From NCBI GenBank assembly GCA_017501545.1, contig JAFVWS010000035.1, positions 75,408 through 139,407 of the forward strand: DNA of 64,000 bases, written 5' to 3'. Origin of the DNA: Clostridia bacterium (GTDB taxonomy: Bacteria > Bacillota > Clostridia > Oscillospirales > CAG-272). Numbering within the stretch: position 1 is the stretch's first letter; every line of letters begins with the position of its first letter. Positions 44,258 through 52,850 of this stretch are shown here, piece by piece. Below the pieces are notes generated by a model. The model worked only from the letters and a program-made list of their open reading frames with translations. It was not told where the DNA came from and did no database searches. Both the position numbers and the translations under genes were made by a program.

Positions 44258-46754
44258 TTATATTTCCCTCCATATAAATTGCTCCAAGTGAAAATGGCTG
44301 GTCGTTTTCGGTTTTTATAGATACTGCAATATAATCAAAATCGCGGATTATCATTTGTACTGGCACAAGAGTATCAAAGGAAGCATCAAAGCTAAGGGCG
44401 TTGAAGCTCAAGGAGTCAAAGGAAAGGACTGGCGCAAGCTTAACTGTGCGCAAATAATTTGTCTTTTTTGTCCTTGCCTCTAAGAAAATCTCGCCACACG
44501 TGCCCTCGAAAACCGTCAAAAGTATTCTTTTAAGCACTGCCCCTTTTCTTGTTTGGCTCATCATAAACGGCTCCGTTTCATATTGGCACAAAATATCTCT
44601 TGTCCAGGTAAGGCTTATTTCCTTTATGGAGCCTTCAAGCTTAATTTTTTCGCCTCCATCAATTAAAATACAGCCACCCGTTAGCTCATTTACCTCATAT
44701 TCCTTTTTTTCAAGCACCAAATATAAATCGTATTTTTCGTTGCTATCAAGCTCACATTCAGACAAGGTGATTTCTGCCGTATATGGGTTTATTTTTTCAA
44801 TTTGTGCCTCGTTAGTTGTGCCGTCCTTTGCGACAAGTGCAAGGGTGTCGCCCTCGAAAAGCTTAACTCCACCGTCCCTTGAAAAAAGCTCGTTTGGTAA
44901 AAGAGAAGCCTTTAAATCGTTTACCGAGGCTTCCCTTTTTATAAGCCTTTTGTGCGCGCCCAAGGTGGCTTTTATTCTTTCGCCAGCCTTGGTTTTGTGC
45001 ATTGTTTTGTCTATGACAAAAACCGTATAATCCTTATCGTTGTTTACGCTAAGGGTTAAATTATCCACGCTATACGTGTGCGTGTCAGCATCACAAAAGC
45101 CGTCGTAAAGTTTTCTAATTTGGCCACCCTCTGTGCCAAAATATATTTCACTTGCGCTTGCAAAAACTGCTCTTGCTGGCACGTTTTTCCAAAAATACCA
45201 GCTATATTCGCTATTACTTGAAGCTCCTCTTTTTTGGCGCGTATCGGCAATATAGGCGTTTTCGCCTATGAATAAATAGTAGTAGCCGTCGAAGAAAAGT
45301 GAGGTTGCGTTTTGCTTTTCCTCATAACTGTATCCCTTTAACTCACTACAAATATCGCTGGAGCGCTGACTAAGTGCGCTTTTTACGTTAGTAAGAGACT
45401 TATAGTCGCTCACACCAAAAACACCTCTTTCGTTAAATACCAAGCAGTCGTCATCACCGTGGCATGATGAGAAAATGCTATATGCGCCAGCCGTATCTGA
45501 CGAGGTATAAACCTCGTATGGATGGGCTCCACCTGTTAGCACCACTCTAAAAAAGCTATCTTTTTTAAAGGCGCCAAAGATATTGTCCCAAAGCTGAATT
45601 AGCGAGGTGATTTTTTCACCATCTGAGCCAAGGGAGATTTTATTGCTTTTCGGCAGATAGAAAAAGCCCCTTTCCTCGTCGCTGAAATAAATATCGTTTC
45701 CACCAAGGGTTAAGGCTAAAACCTGTCCACCCTTAGCGCCGTTTGTGACTGTGCCCATTTCAATTTGACTGCAAAGCTCCTCGTTTTTCACCTCAGCCTC
45801 GTATTCAACCGTGATATTTTCCTTGTCCTGCCAAGGCGTTGGCACCTCGAAGCCTAAGGAAATTTCACGCTTATTTGAAATTGAAACGCCAAACGGTAGC
45901 TCGTCAAAATCACATATTTTATCGTTATATTTGATTCTGATTTTTGCGCCCTGCTCGTCCAAAATAGGCTCTGCAAGGAAAATTATAGTGCCTGCGCCCA
46001 AGCTGTCTCTTTCGTATCTTAGGGTGACTATTGTGCTTACCTCGTTTCCGTCTGCATCTATGCCGATATACGAGGTGTTGTTTTCATTTACCTCCTCATC
46101 GCTTGTGCGTGTACGGATTTTTACCTCTAACACAAATTTACTGTTGTTGGCAATTTTTTCGTCAAGCAAAAAGACTGACGCCTTACCACTTTTATACTTT
46201 GTGTTTGCGCCGATAAGCTTATTAATTCTGCGTGGGGTTAAAAGGTTTGCGCCCTCGCACTCTATACTTTTGGCGCCGTTTTGATTGTCAGTAATTCCTA
46301 TCGCGGTTACTGGCACGTATGCGTTTTCATTTTCATATGCGCGCTTCACCTTGATACCATCGTATATTAAAAGGTCGCCAGCGCCAACGATAAAGAGGCT
46401 TTCATTCATTAAAAACGCGCTTGAGCGTGCGTCCTTTATCTTAATTCCAACGTCATAAGTAAGCTCGCGTGGGCTTGAAAAGTCCTCATTTAATTCAAAA
46501 AGGTGCGCCCCTGCGTGTACGATTTTGCATTTTACAATCTCACCATTTTTTATATATGAGTAGCTAAAAATGCCGTTAATTCTCAGGGGGCTTTGCAAAG
46601 CGTCCTTAATAGTTATTACGTTTTTGTGGCCCTTGCGCTTTACAAGCCCATTACCACTTGAAATAAGGTTGCAAAGCGCCCCTGTGCGCCTTTTTCCCTC
46701 TATTTTTGTGCCGTTTGCAAGCTCTACCTTAAGTAAGTTTCTTTTAAGTGCCAT
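44250..46754 (-). CDS. Large beta-rich structural-type protein (about 834 aa), possibly tail nozzle/baseplate-like
   Basis: Intact ORF. I prefer the ATG at 46754 (gaggt upstream) to the TTG at 46766. It has repeated strand-turn patterns (SLFFDGYYYLFIGENAYIAD...YSWYFWKNVPARAVFASASEIYFGTEGGQIRKLY) that suggest a beta-propeller. No enzymatic motif was seen. Confidence 0.4.
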   Translation of the reverse strand: MALKRNLLKVELANGTKIEGKRRTGALCNLISSGNGLVKRKGHKNVITIKDALQSPLRINGIFSYSYIKNGEIVKCKIVHAGAHLFELNEDFSSPRELTYDVGIKIKDARSSAFLMNESLFIVGAGDLLIYDGIKVKRAYENENAYVPVTAIGITDNQNGAKSIECEGANLLTPRRINKLIGANTKYKSGKASVFLLDEKIANNSKFVLEVKIRTRTSDEEVNENNTSYIGIDADGNEVSTIVTLRYERDSLGAGTIIFLAEPILDEQGAKIRIKYNDKICDFDELPFGVSISNKREISLGFEVPTPWQDKENITVEYEAEVKNEELCSQIEMGTVTNGAKGGQVLALTLGGNDIYFSDEERGFFYLPKSNKISLGSDGEKITSLIQLWDNIFGAFKKDSFFRVVLTGGAHPYEVYTSSDTAGAYSIFSSCHGDDDCLVFNERGVFGVSDYKSLTNVKSALSQRSSDICSELKGYSYEEKQNATSLFFDGYYYLFIGENAYIADTRQKRGASSNSEYSWYFWKNVPARAVFASASEIYFGTEGGQIRKLYDGFCDADTHTYSVDNLTLSVNNDKDYTVFVIDKTMHKTKAGERIKATLGAHKRLIKREASVNDLKASLLPNELFSRDGGVKLFEGDTLALVAKDGTTNEAQIEKINPYTAEITLSECELDSNEKYDLYLVLEKKEYEVNELTGGCILIDGGEKIKLEGSIKEISLTWTRDILCQYETEPFMMSQTRKGAVLKRILLTVFEGTCGEIFLEARTKKTNYLRTVKLAPVLSFDSLSFNALSFDASFDTLVPVQMIIRDFDYIAVSIKTENDQPFSLGAIYMEGNIIE

Positions 46755-46762
46755 ATTCAACC

Positions 46763-47395
46763 TCAAATACTATAAACAGTCATTACTGCCCCGCCACCAG
46801 TTGGCTTGATTAGAACGCTATTCAAAGCACTTAAAAACTCGTTTTTTGCGTCCTTAGCGCCCTTTTCGTCCTCGCCTAAAATTAACTCCGACCTTACAAA
46901 GTACGGAATTAGCTCTAAAATGGCAGAGTCAAGCTCAATTTCGTATGAATCGCTTGTTTTTTCGCTAATGCGTGGGATTTTTGAATTATATAAAATCTCA
47001 ACCTCGCCATTTTGCGACTCCACAAGCAAAATGCCATCTGCCTCCTTGGTAAAATTAACGCTTTTGCCATTTTGATAAATTGCAATTACGTTGTGCGCCT
47101 CCTTCACTTCATCCTTCAGAGGAACACGCACCATTCCACCTATTTTTGCTTTACCCTTAAGACTTATAGTCTTAATTTCTGTTTTTGACGCGCCCTTTGA
47201 CTCAATAATTGAAAGCGCGCGGTTGATGGCGCCCACGCACGAGTCAAGGTAGCCCTTTAGTGTTGGGTCGCATTTTAAATTAGCGACTGCACTATTTATG
47301 CTTTCGGCGTTGTCGCTATCGAAATGCAAATCAAGCTCTGGAAACACAAGCCTTAGTGCTTCACACTTAATTTCTCCAATTTTAATTTTCTCCAT
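46763..47395 (-). CDS. Hypothetical protein (210 aa), head-tail connector/adaptor-like by size and position
   Basis: Intact ORF directly preceding the 834-aa gene. No motif recognised with confidence. Confidence 0.35.
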   Translation of the reverse strand: MEKIKIGEIKCEALRLVFPELDLHFDSDNAESINSAVANLKCDPTLKGYLDSCVGAINRALSIIESKGASKTEIKTISLKGKAKIGGMVRVPLKDEVKEAHNVIAIYQNGKSVNFTKEADGILLVESQNGEVEILYNSKIPRISEKTSDSYEIELDSAILELIPYFVRSELILGEDEKGAKDAKNEFLSALNSVLIKPTGGGAVMTVYSI

Positions 47396-47403
47396 CTCCT
47401 TTT

Positions 47404-47742
47404 TTAAAAGTCCTCAAACTTCTTATATTCCACCTGCACCTTTTCTCCCTCCTTGAGCTTGTTGCCCGAGGAATCTCTTAAGAAAACAGCCGCCTGTGTA
47501 TCTCCGTTTGAGGCCTTTATTATTTGTGCTAATAAAATCGCCTCTTGATAGCTGATTTTTTCAAAGGGCGATTTTCTTATCGCCTCAGGAAGTGCCTCCT
47601 TGGGCACCTCCTTGGCGAGTAAGCTTTCTAAGGAGTCCTTAAACGTGGTGCGTTTTTTTCTCCTTTTCCTATTTGTTTTTTTCGGTGCTTCGTTTGAGTT
47701 TTCTTTTAGCATTTTATCTCGTTTTCTCCTTTTTCTTCGCAC
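47404..47742 (-). CDS. Small highly basic protein with a small-terminase-like C-terminal motif
   Basis: The N-terminus is RRKRRKR...KKTNRKRRKKR, and the C-terminus has YQEAILLAQIIKASNGDTQAAVFLRDSSGNK. The start is ambiguous between GTG 47742 and ATG 47712. Confidence 0.4.
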   Translation of the reverse strand: MRRKRRKRDKMLKENSNEAPKKTNRKRRKKRTTFKDSLESLLAKEVPKEALPEAIRKSPFEKISYQEAILLAQIIKASNGDTQAAVFLRDSSGNKLKEGEKVQVEYKKFEDF

Positions 47743-47800
47743 CCTTATTATCCCATAATCAAAGCGGTACCAACCGGTACACTTTTCAAAAAATGCAAAA

Positions 47801-47861
47801 AAATAAAGCCCCTAAAATGGGGCTTGGCGTAAAAAAAGAACAGGCATTTGCCTGCTCTTTT
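47801..47861 (-). terminator. Two tandem hairpin terminators downstream of 47867..49480
   Basis: Read on the minus strand, they are gagcaggca-aat-gcctgttc followed by ttttttt (47832-47861) and aagcccc-atttta-ggggctt followed by tattttttt (47801-47826). Confidence 0.6.
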
Positions 47862-47866
47862 ATTAT

Positions 47867-49480
47867 TTATTTTTTAGAAACAGCCTCATAGGTAAGACCT
47901 ACAACTAAGTTAGAGGTTGTGCCATCATTTAAGTAATATGTTTTTCCGTCATTTACTAAATATGCGCAGAAAACTATTGTTGTTTTCTCCTTTTCCAAAG
48001 GAACATTTGTAATCTTTATATTAAAGTAATCATAGTCAAGCTCCTTAAATGAGGCGCTTACCATATTAGCACTTTCAAGAGGAGAAACCTCAGCCCCATC
48101 CTCGTTTAGCATTGCAACAACGCCAAAATCATAGCTGTTTTCAAGATATTTTGTCATTTCCTTATTAACCTTGAATAGCTGTGTCATTGAGCGAGTTGCG
48201 TCAGCGTACTGTGCATATGAAAATCCACGATTGACAAATAGTGGGTCTGCGCTTGGTGTTGTTTCAGCCGTAGCTATGCTACATCTTGCACAAACGCCCT
48301 CGTATGCACCATTTCCAAAATAGTTTTCCCATGTAACGCCTGTAGCTGTTTCCTCGGTTATATTGTGGCCAAGGGCTGGGTTGTCAATTGAATATTGTTC
48401 AACCACTGTTTCAAGAGAATCAAAAGATGTTATATATTCAGCTGTTCCCTGCACTGCTTCGCTATATGCTTGGCGTCCTACTTTTTCACAGGTAGCAGTC
48501 TCTGTAATTGTGACCTTTGCATTTCCTTCTCGGTCGCCCTTTATCTCAATGGAATAATCCTCTGGGAATGTACAATCAATAAAGTTTAATGAATATCTGC
48601 CAGTCCAAAAATAAATGTTTTTGTTTTCAAATATTACATTTTCAATCTCAACAGGCTCTTTTGGACAAGCAGCAACCTCTAAATAACTATCAAAGTAAGC
48701 CTTATGCTTTGCTATTCTTGTATTTTTTATATATGAGCCTTCGCTAAATGAAACACTTTCTTTTCCGCCACCTAATCCGTAAATAACGCTATCCTCGATT
48801 TGGGTCAACGATTGTTTTAATGTGCCGCCAGCATCTCTTCTTCCAACTGCCAAAAGGCTATTTGAATCAGGCACTCTTACAATAGAATTGCTAATCTTTA
48901 CGTTATGCACATGATCACTACTACCCATCATAAATATCGCCCATTCACCTGTGTGATATTGATTGATATACATATTGTTTAACTCAATTGAGCCTTTAGC
49001 AATATATATTGATGGACCGTTAGATGCATAGTCTGGTGATTTTATTCCAGCTGCCTCGTTAGGGTCATTTACTTCTCCGTTTGAAATTGAGATTTTTTGG
49101 TCATTTGGTGCAACATAATTAACAGGGTCAACATCCCAAGTACCATTCAAAATCAATTTTGCATCATTAGAATTTACATACATTCCATAAACAGTGCCAG
49201 CACCTGCCGAACCTGCGTTTGCATAAATTGTATAGCCATTAAAGTTAATAGTAACTGTTTTTGCACCATCAACCTTTATTGCACTGGATGTATTTGGAAT
49301 AGCAATATCCTTTGTTAAATCAATTACAACGCTATCAGTATCCTGTGCGCCGGCTATTGCTGTATGAATGTCATCAAGACTATCAGCTTCTATCTTTATT
49401 TCAGCAGCAAAAACGCCTATTGCGAAAAGGCAAGCTGCCAAAACAGTAAGTGCCAAGGCGATAAAAATTTTCTTTTTCAT
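47867..49480 (-). CDS. Secreted protein (537 aa), possibly a right-handed beta-helix
   Basis: It has a signal peptide (ALALTVLAACLFAIGVFAAE). The N-terminal half has short repeated beta-strand rungs (VVIDLTKDIAIP..., TVTINFNGYTIYAN..., AKLILNGTW). The assignment is tentative. Confidence 0.5.
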   Translation of the reverse strand: MKKKIFIALALTVLAACLFAIGVFAAEIKIEADSLDDIHTAIAGAQDTDSVVIDLTKDIAIPNTSSAIKVDGAKTVTINFNGYTIYANAGSAGAGTVYGMYVNSNDAKLILNGTWDVDPVNYVAPNDQKISISNGEVNDPNEAAGIKSPDYASNGPSIYIAKGSIELNNMYINQYHTGEWAIFMMGSSDHVHNVKISNSIVRVPDSNSLLAVGRRDAGGTLKQSLTQIEDSVIYGLGGGKESVSFSEGSYIKNTRIAKHKAYFDSYLEVAACPKEPVEIENVIFENKNIYFWTGRYSLNFIDCTFPEDYSIEIKGDREGNAKVTITETATCEKVGRQAYSEAVQGTAEYITSFDSLETVVEQYSIDNPALGHNITEETATGVTWENYFGNGAYEGVCARCSIATAETTPSADPLFVNRGFSYAQYADATRSMTQLFKVNKEMTKYLENSYDFGVVAMLNEDGAEVSPLESANMVSASFKELDYDYFNIKITNVPLEKEKTTIVFCAYLVNDGKTYYLNDGTTSNLVVGLTYEAVSKK

Positions 49481-49551
49481 ATTATTTCTCCTATAATATA
49501 CTCATTTCTATTGACAGAATACCACATTTTTCTTTTTTTGTCAACTGTGGC

Positions 49552-51378
49552 TTATTTAAGGTTTTTTATAGCGCTTATAATGTCATCCCTTGTAAATTTG
49601 CAAGCGCTATATAGGTCGCTAAGCAAGCCGTGCTCAACAAAGCCCTCTATTGCGTGGACGTGGACTCTTTGGTGGGATAAAATTGCGCTAATTTTTTCGC
49701 CTACGCCACCGTTTACGTAGCCCTCGTCAATAATATAAACAAGCTCCTTGCCATTGGTAAGTGATTTTAATTTTTCTTTATCGAATGGGAAAATGCGCAC
49801 AAGCTTTATTAGTGCTGTGTCACTATCAAGCCCCTTTATTACCTCGTTTGCAATTCTTGTCATTCTGCCATAGGTAATTATTACCTTTTTAGCCTCTGAA
49901 ATGTTTTTTGAATACGCAAGGCACGCCTCACTGTCGTAAATCATTTCGCACGCACACTCATACTCAGAATATGCGCCCTTAGGATATCTTATTACGTCAA
50001 GAGTGTCACTTGAAATAGATACGCTAAGCACATTTTTTAATTCCTCATAGGTTTCAGGGGAATAAATTTTTGCGTTTGGCACAGCGGTAAATATTGGGTA
50101 ATCAAAAATGCCCTGATGGGTAATTCCATCACCCTCAACAAGACCACATCTGTCAAGAAGCAGGGTTAGTGGCAAATTTTGCAATGAAACGTCATGCAAA
50201 AGCTGGTCATACACTCTTTGCGCAAAGGTTGAATATAGCGCAACCACTGGCTTCAAGCCACTTACGCTAAGTCCTGCGCCGAAGGTTAAGGCATGCTCCT
50301 CAGCAATACCAACGTCGAAAAACCTGTCTGGGTGCTTTTCTTGAAATATGTTAAGTCCTGTGCCATCTGCCATTGCGGCAGTAATTGCACATATTTTTTC
50401 GTCCTCGTCTGCCATTTCTGTAAGGGTAGCGCCAACAAAGCTTGAATAGCTTTCTCTTGGCTCACTAATTACACCTACGTCCTTATCAAATGGGCAAACA
50501 CCGTGATACCTGCTTGGCTCCTTCTCTGCAGGTAAATAGCCAAGCCCCTTTTTGGTTCTTATGTGAATAACCGTTGGCATTTCACGCTTTTTAGCCTCGG
50601 TTAAAACCGTCACAAGCTTTTTAATATTGTTGCCGTCAACTGGGCCTATATAGTTAAGCCCTAAATCCTCAAACATAGTGCTTTTTAAAAAAAGCCTTCT
50701 AAACGCATTTTTCATAAGTGCAAAAAGCTTAACAAAGGGCTTGCCAAGAAGTGGTAAAATACCAATACCACGCTTAGCACCACGCTTGAATCTAAAGTAG
50801 CTACGGCTTATGCGAATGTTTGAAAGGTATTTTGGAAGCCCACCAACGTTTTTAGAAATCGACATTTCATTATCGTTTACGATAATGATTAGCCTCAAAT
50901 CCTTGTCATTACAGTTATTAAGCGCCTCGTAAACCATGCCGTTGGTAAGTGAGCCGTCGCCTATTACTGCAATAGCGTAGCCGTCATTTCCCTGCATTTT
51001 ATTTGCAGTCGCAATTCCAATAGCTGAGGAAACGGAGGTGCCACTATGCCCCTCGGTTAAAACGTCATGCTCACTTTCACGTCTGCTTGGAAAGCCAGAA
51101 ACACCACCAAAGGTGCGAAGGGTGTCAAATTCGTCCTCTCTGCCGGTTAAAATCTTATGCGCGTATGACTGGTGCCCAACATCGAAAATAATTTTATCAT
51201 GTGGGGAGTCAAAAACGTGGTGTAAGGCAATAGTTGCCTCAACCATACCGAGGTTAGATGCTAAGTGACCGCCATTTTTAGAAACAGCAGAAACTATCTT
51301 TTCGCGTAGCTCGCCTGACAAGGCTTGCATTTCCTTTGGTGTCATTGTCTTAAGCTCACTTAAATAATCACGTCCCAT
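49552..51378 (-). CDS. dxs: 1-deoxy-D-xylulose-5-phosphate synthase
   Basis: GGHLASNLGMVEATIALHHVF..DKIIFDVGHQSYAHKILTGR, GDGSLTNGMVYEALN and AEEHALTFGAGL motifs are present. The length is 608 aa. Confidence 0.95.
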   Translation of the reverse strand: MGRDYLSELKTMTPKEMQALSGELREKIVSAVSKNGGHLASNLGMVEATIALHHVFDSPHDKIIFDVGHQSYAHKILTGREDEFDTLRTFGGVSGFPSRRESEHDVLTEGHSGTSVSSAIGIATANKMQGNDGYAIAVIGDGSLTNGMVYEALNNCNDKDLRLIIIVNDNEMSISKNVGGLPKYLSNIRISRSYFRFKRGAKRGIGILPLLGKPFVKLFALMKNAFRRLFLKSTMFEDLGLNYIGPVDGNNIKKLVTVLTEAKKREMPTVIHIRTKKGLGYLPAEKEPSRYHGVCPFDKDVGVISEPRESYSSFVGATLTEMADEDEKICAITAAMADGTGLNIFQEKHPDRFFDVGIAEEHALTFGAGLSVSGLKPVVALYSTFAQRVYDQLLHDVSLQNLPLTLLLDRCGLVEGDGITHQGIFDYPIFTAVPNAKIYSPETYEELKNVLSVSISSDTLDVIRYPKGAYSEYECACEMIYDSEACLAYSKNISEAKKVIITYGRMTRIANEVIKGLDSDTALIKLVRIFPFDKEKLKSLTNGKELVYIIDEGYVNGGVGEKISAILSHQRVHVHAIEGFVEHGLLSDLYSACKFTRDDIISAIKNLK

Positions 51379-51486
51379 ATCTAACCTCCTTTAATATTTA
51401 CGCAAAGCGCGCATTAGTATCTATACTATAATTTAACATATATAATTTTTAAAGTCAAGAAATTTTTGTGTGCGCACAGGTGAATA

Positions 51487-51516
51487 TAAAAAGACGCACA
51501 CAGGGTGCGTCCTTTT
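51487..51516. terminator. Hairpin terminator after 51517..51840
   Basis: gacgcac-acagg-gtgcgtc is flanked by A- and T-runs. Confidence 0.65.
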
Positions 51517-51840
51517 TTATTTGTCTTTCTCTTCGTTTTCAGATGGGAAATCATTTGCAATCTCGCTTGCCATTTCAATCGGCACATCTACTGCAATAAC
51601 CTTAGCATCATCAACAATTTCAAGTGCGTCACTTGCAATTTCATTTACAACGTCCTTGCTTTCGTCCGTCACCATTTTTACCACATCATCACAAGGAGGC
51701 AAAACCTCACGCCCTTGCTTTGTTTGCTTGGATTTTAAAATTGAAATATTTGAAATAATTAAAAGAAGTGTAAAGACAAAAACGCCTATTTCAACAAGGA
51801 AAATAAGCACAACTAAAAGCGCAACTATAATCCAAAACAT
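51517..51840 (-). CDS. Small membrane-anchored acidic protein (107 aa)
   Basis: N-terminal TM helix or helices (MFWIIVALLVVLIFLVEIGVFVFTLLLII) and an acidic C-terminal tail. Confidence 0.5.
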   Translation of the reverse strand: MFWIIVALLVVLIFLVEIGVFVFTLLLIISNISILKSKQTKQGREVLPPCDDVVKMVTDESKDVVNEIASDALEIVDDAKVIAVDVPIEMASEIANDFPSENEEKDK

Positions 51841-51904
51841 ATTCTTTTCCTCCCTTTAATCAAATCTTATTTACATTATACAGTAACAATTTTGCATTGT
51901 CAAG

Positions 51905-52729
51905 TTAAAGTGTGGGTGTGCCAAGTGGCTTTGGCGCATTACCATTAAAAATTGCACGTGCATTTTCTGAAAAATCACTAATTAAAAGGTCGCGCTCTCT
52001 TTTTATTGTCCAAGGCGCATTTAGTCCAATTTCGTATAGCCACATCTTATCGTAGCCAACCTCTTTAAGTGCCAAAAGTAGCGCCTGCCAGTCTATTTGT
52101 CCCTCTCCCGGAAGCCAGTGGCGCTCATCCTTAAAATCATAGTCTGAAATATGAGTTGATGCAATATTTTTGCCGAGGACGTGGATGAATTTGATATAAT
52201 CCTCGCCCAAAAGGTGGTTGGTGTCAAAGCAAGCCTTAAGCGCCTTGTGTGCGCTTAAAAGCTCCAAGATCTCACTTGAATTTCTGCCAAGGCACGTGCG
52301 TGGTAAATTTTCAACAAGCACATATGCCCCCCTTTTTTCTGCATAGGTGGCAAGGTCACAAAGGCTCTTTTTTGCAGTTTCCATGCGCACTGCCCTTTCG
52401 CTAACATCAATTGGCTCACCACTTGCGTGGATTACAAATTTATCTATGCCTATTTTAGTTGCCTTATCGATATAGCCCTTTAGGTATTCTACGCTATATT
52501 CTGCCAATTCCGGCTTTGAAATATCAATTTCGCTAAATGGCCAAAATGGCAGGTGAAATGACCATAGATTTATTTCGTATTTTTCTGACCACTCCTTGAT
52601 TTTTCCGTAGTCTAATTTCTCAGAAAGCTCCTTTGAAACGGAAATTTCCATATCTGTTATACCAGCGTCTTTCATATCGCAAAAAAGCTGTTCATTTATA
52701 AAATCTGGGGTTGATAATCCAAGTCTCAT
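51905..52729 (-). CDS. Sugar phosphate isomerase/epimerase (xylose-isomerase-like TIM barrel)
   Basis: The size (274 aa) and the pattern (FHLPF..., VIHASG, VLVENL, DTNHL, HISD) are typical of the AP-endonuclease-2/TIM-barrel family. Confidence 0.65.
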   Translation of the reverse strand: MRLGLSTPDFINEQLFCDMKDAGITDMEISVSKELSEKLDYGKIKEWSEKYEINLWSFHLPFWPFSEIDISKPELAEYSVEYLKGYIDKATKIGIDKFVIHASGEPIDVSERAVRMETAKKSLCDLATYAEKRGAYVLVENLPRTCLGRNSSEILELLSAHKALKACFDTNHLLGEDYIKFIHVLGKNIASTHISDYDFKDERHWLPGEGQIDWQALLLALKEVGYDKMWLYEIGLNAPWTIKRERDLLISDFSENARAIFNGNAPKPLGTPTL

Positions 52730-52850
52730 AATTCTCTCCTTAGTTTTGATAATTTATTATACCACTTTATAAAAATATCGTCAATAATTTATTGAAATAT
52801 CATTTTTAAAATGATATACTTAAATTAATTACAATCCAAAGGAGTCTATT

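Larger units (their letters stand above)
39644..47742 (-). mobile_element. Phage-tail-like nine-gene island (possible prophage remnant or domesticated module)
   Basis: Nine co-directional ORFs have overlapping or abutting stops and starts. They lie between the transketolase and dxs-side genes and follow two tandem terminators (47801-47861). The contents are a small-terminase-like basic protein, connector/adaptor-sized and nozzle-sized proteins, a coiled-coil fibre-like protein, a MucBP-tailed protein and three membrane proteins. I recognised no integrase, capsid, portal, large terminase, sheath/tube or lysin. Confidence 0.35.

Noticed and set aside
39644-47742. Complete or inducible prophage
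   Set aside because: The block is only about 8 kb. I recognised no integrase, repressor, replication, capsid, portal, large terminase or endolysin genes, and no flanking direct repeats. It is kept only as a phage-tail-like island.
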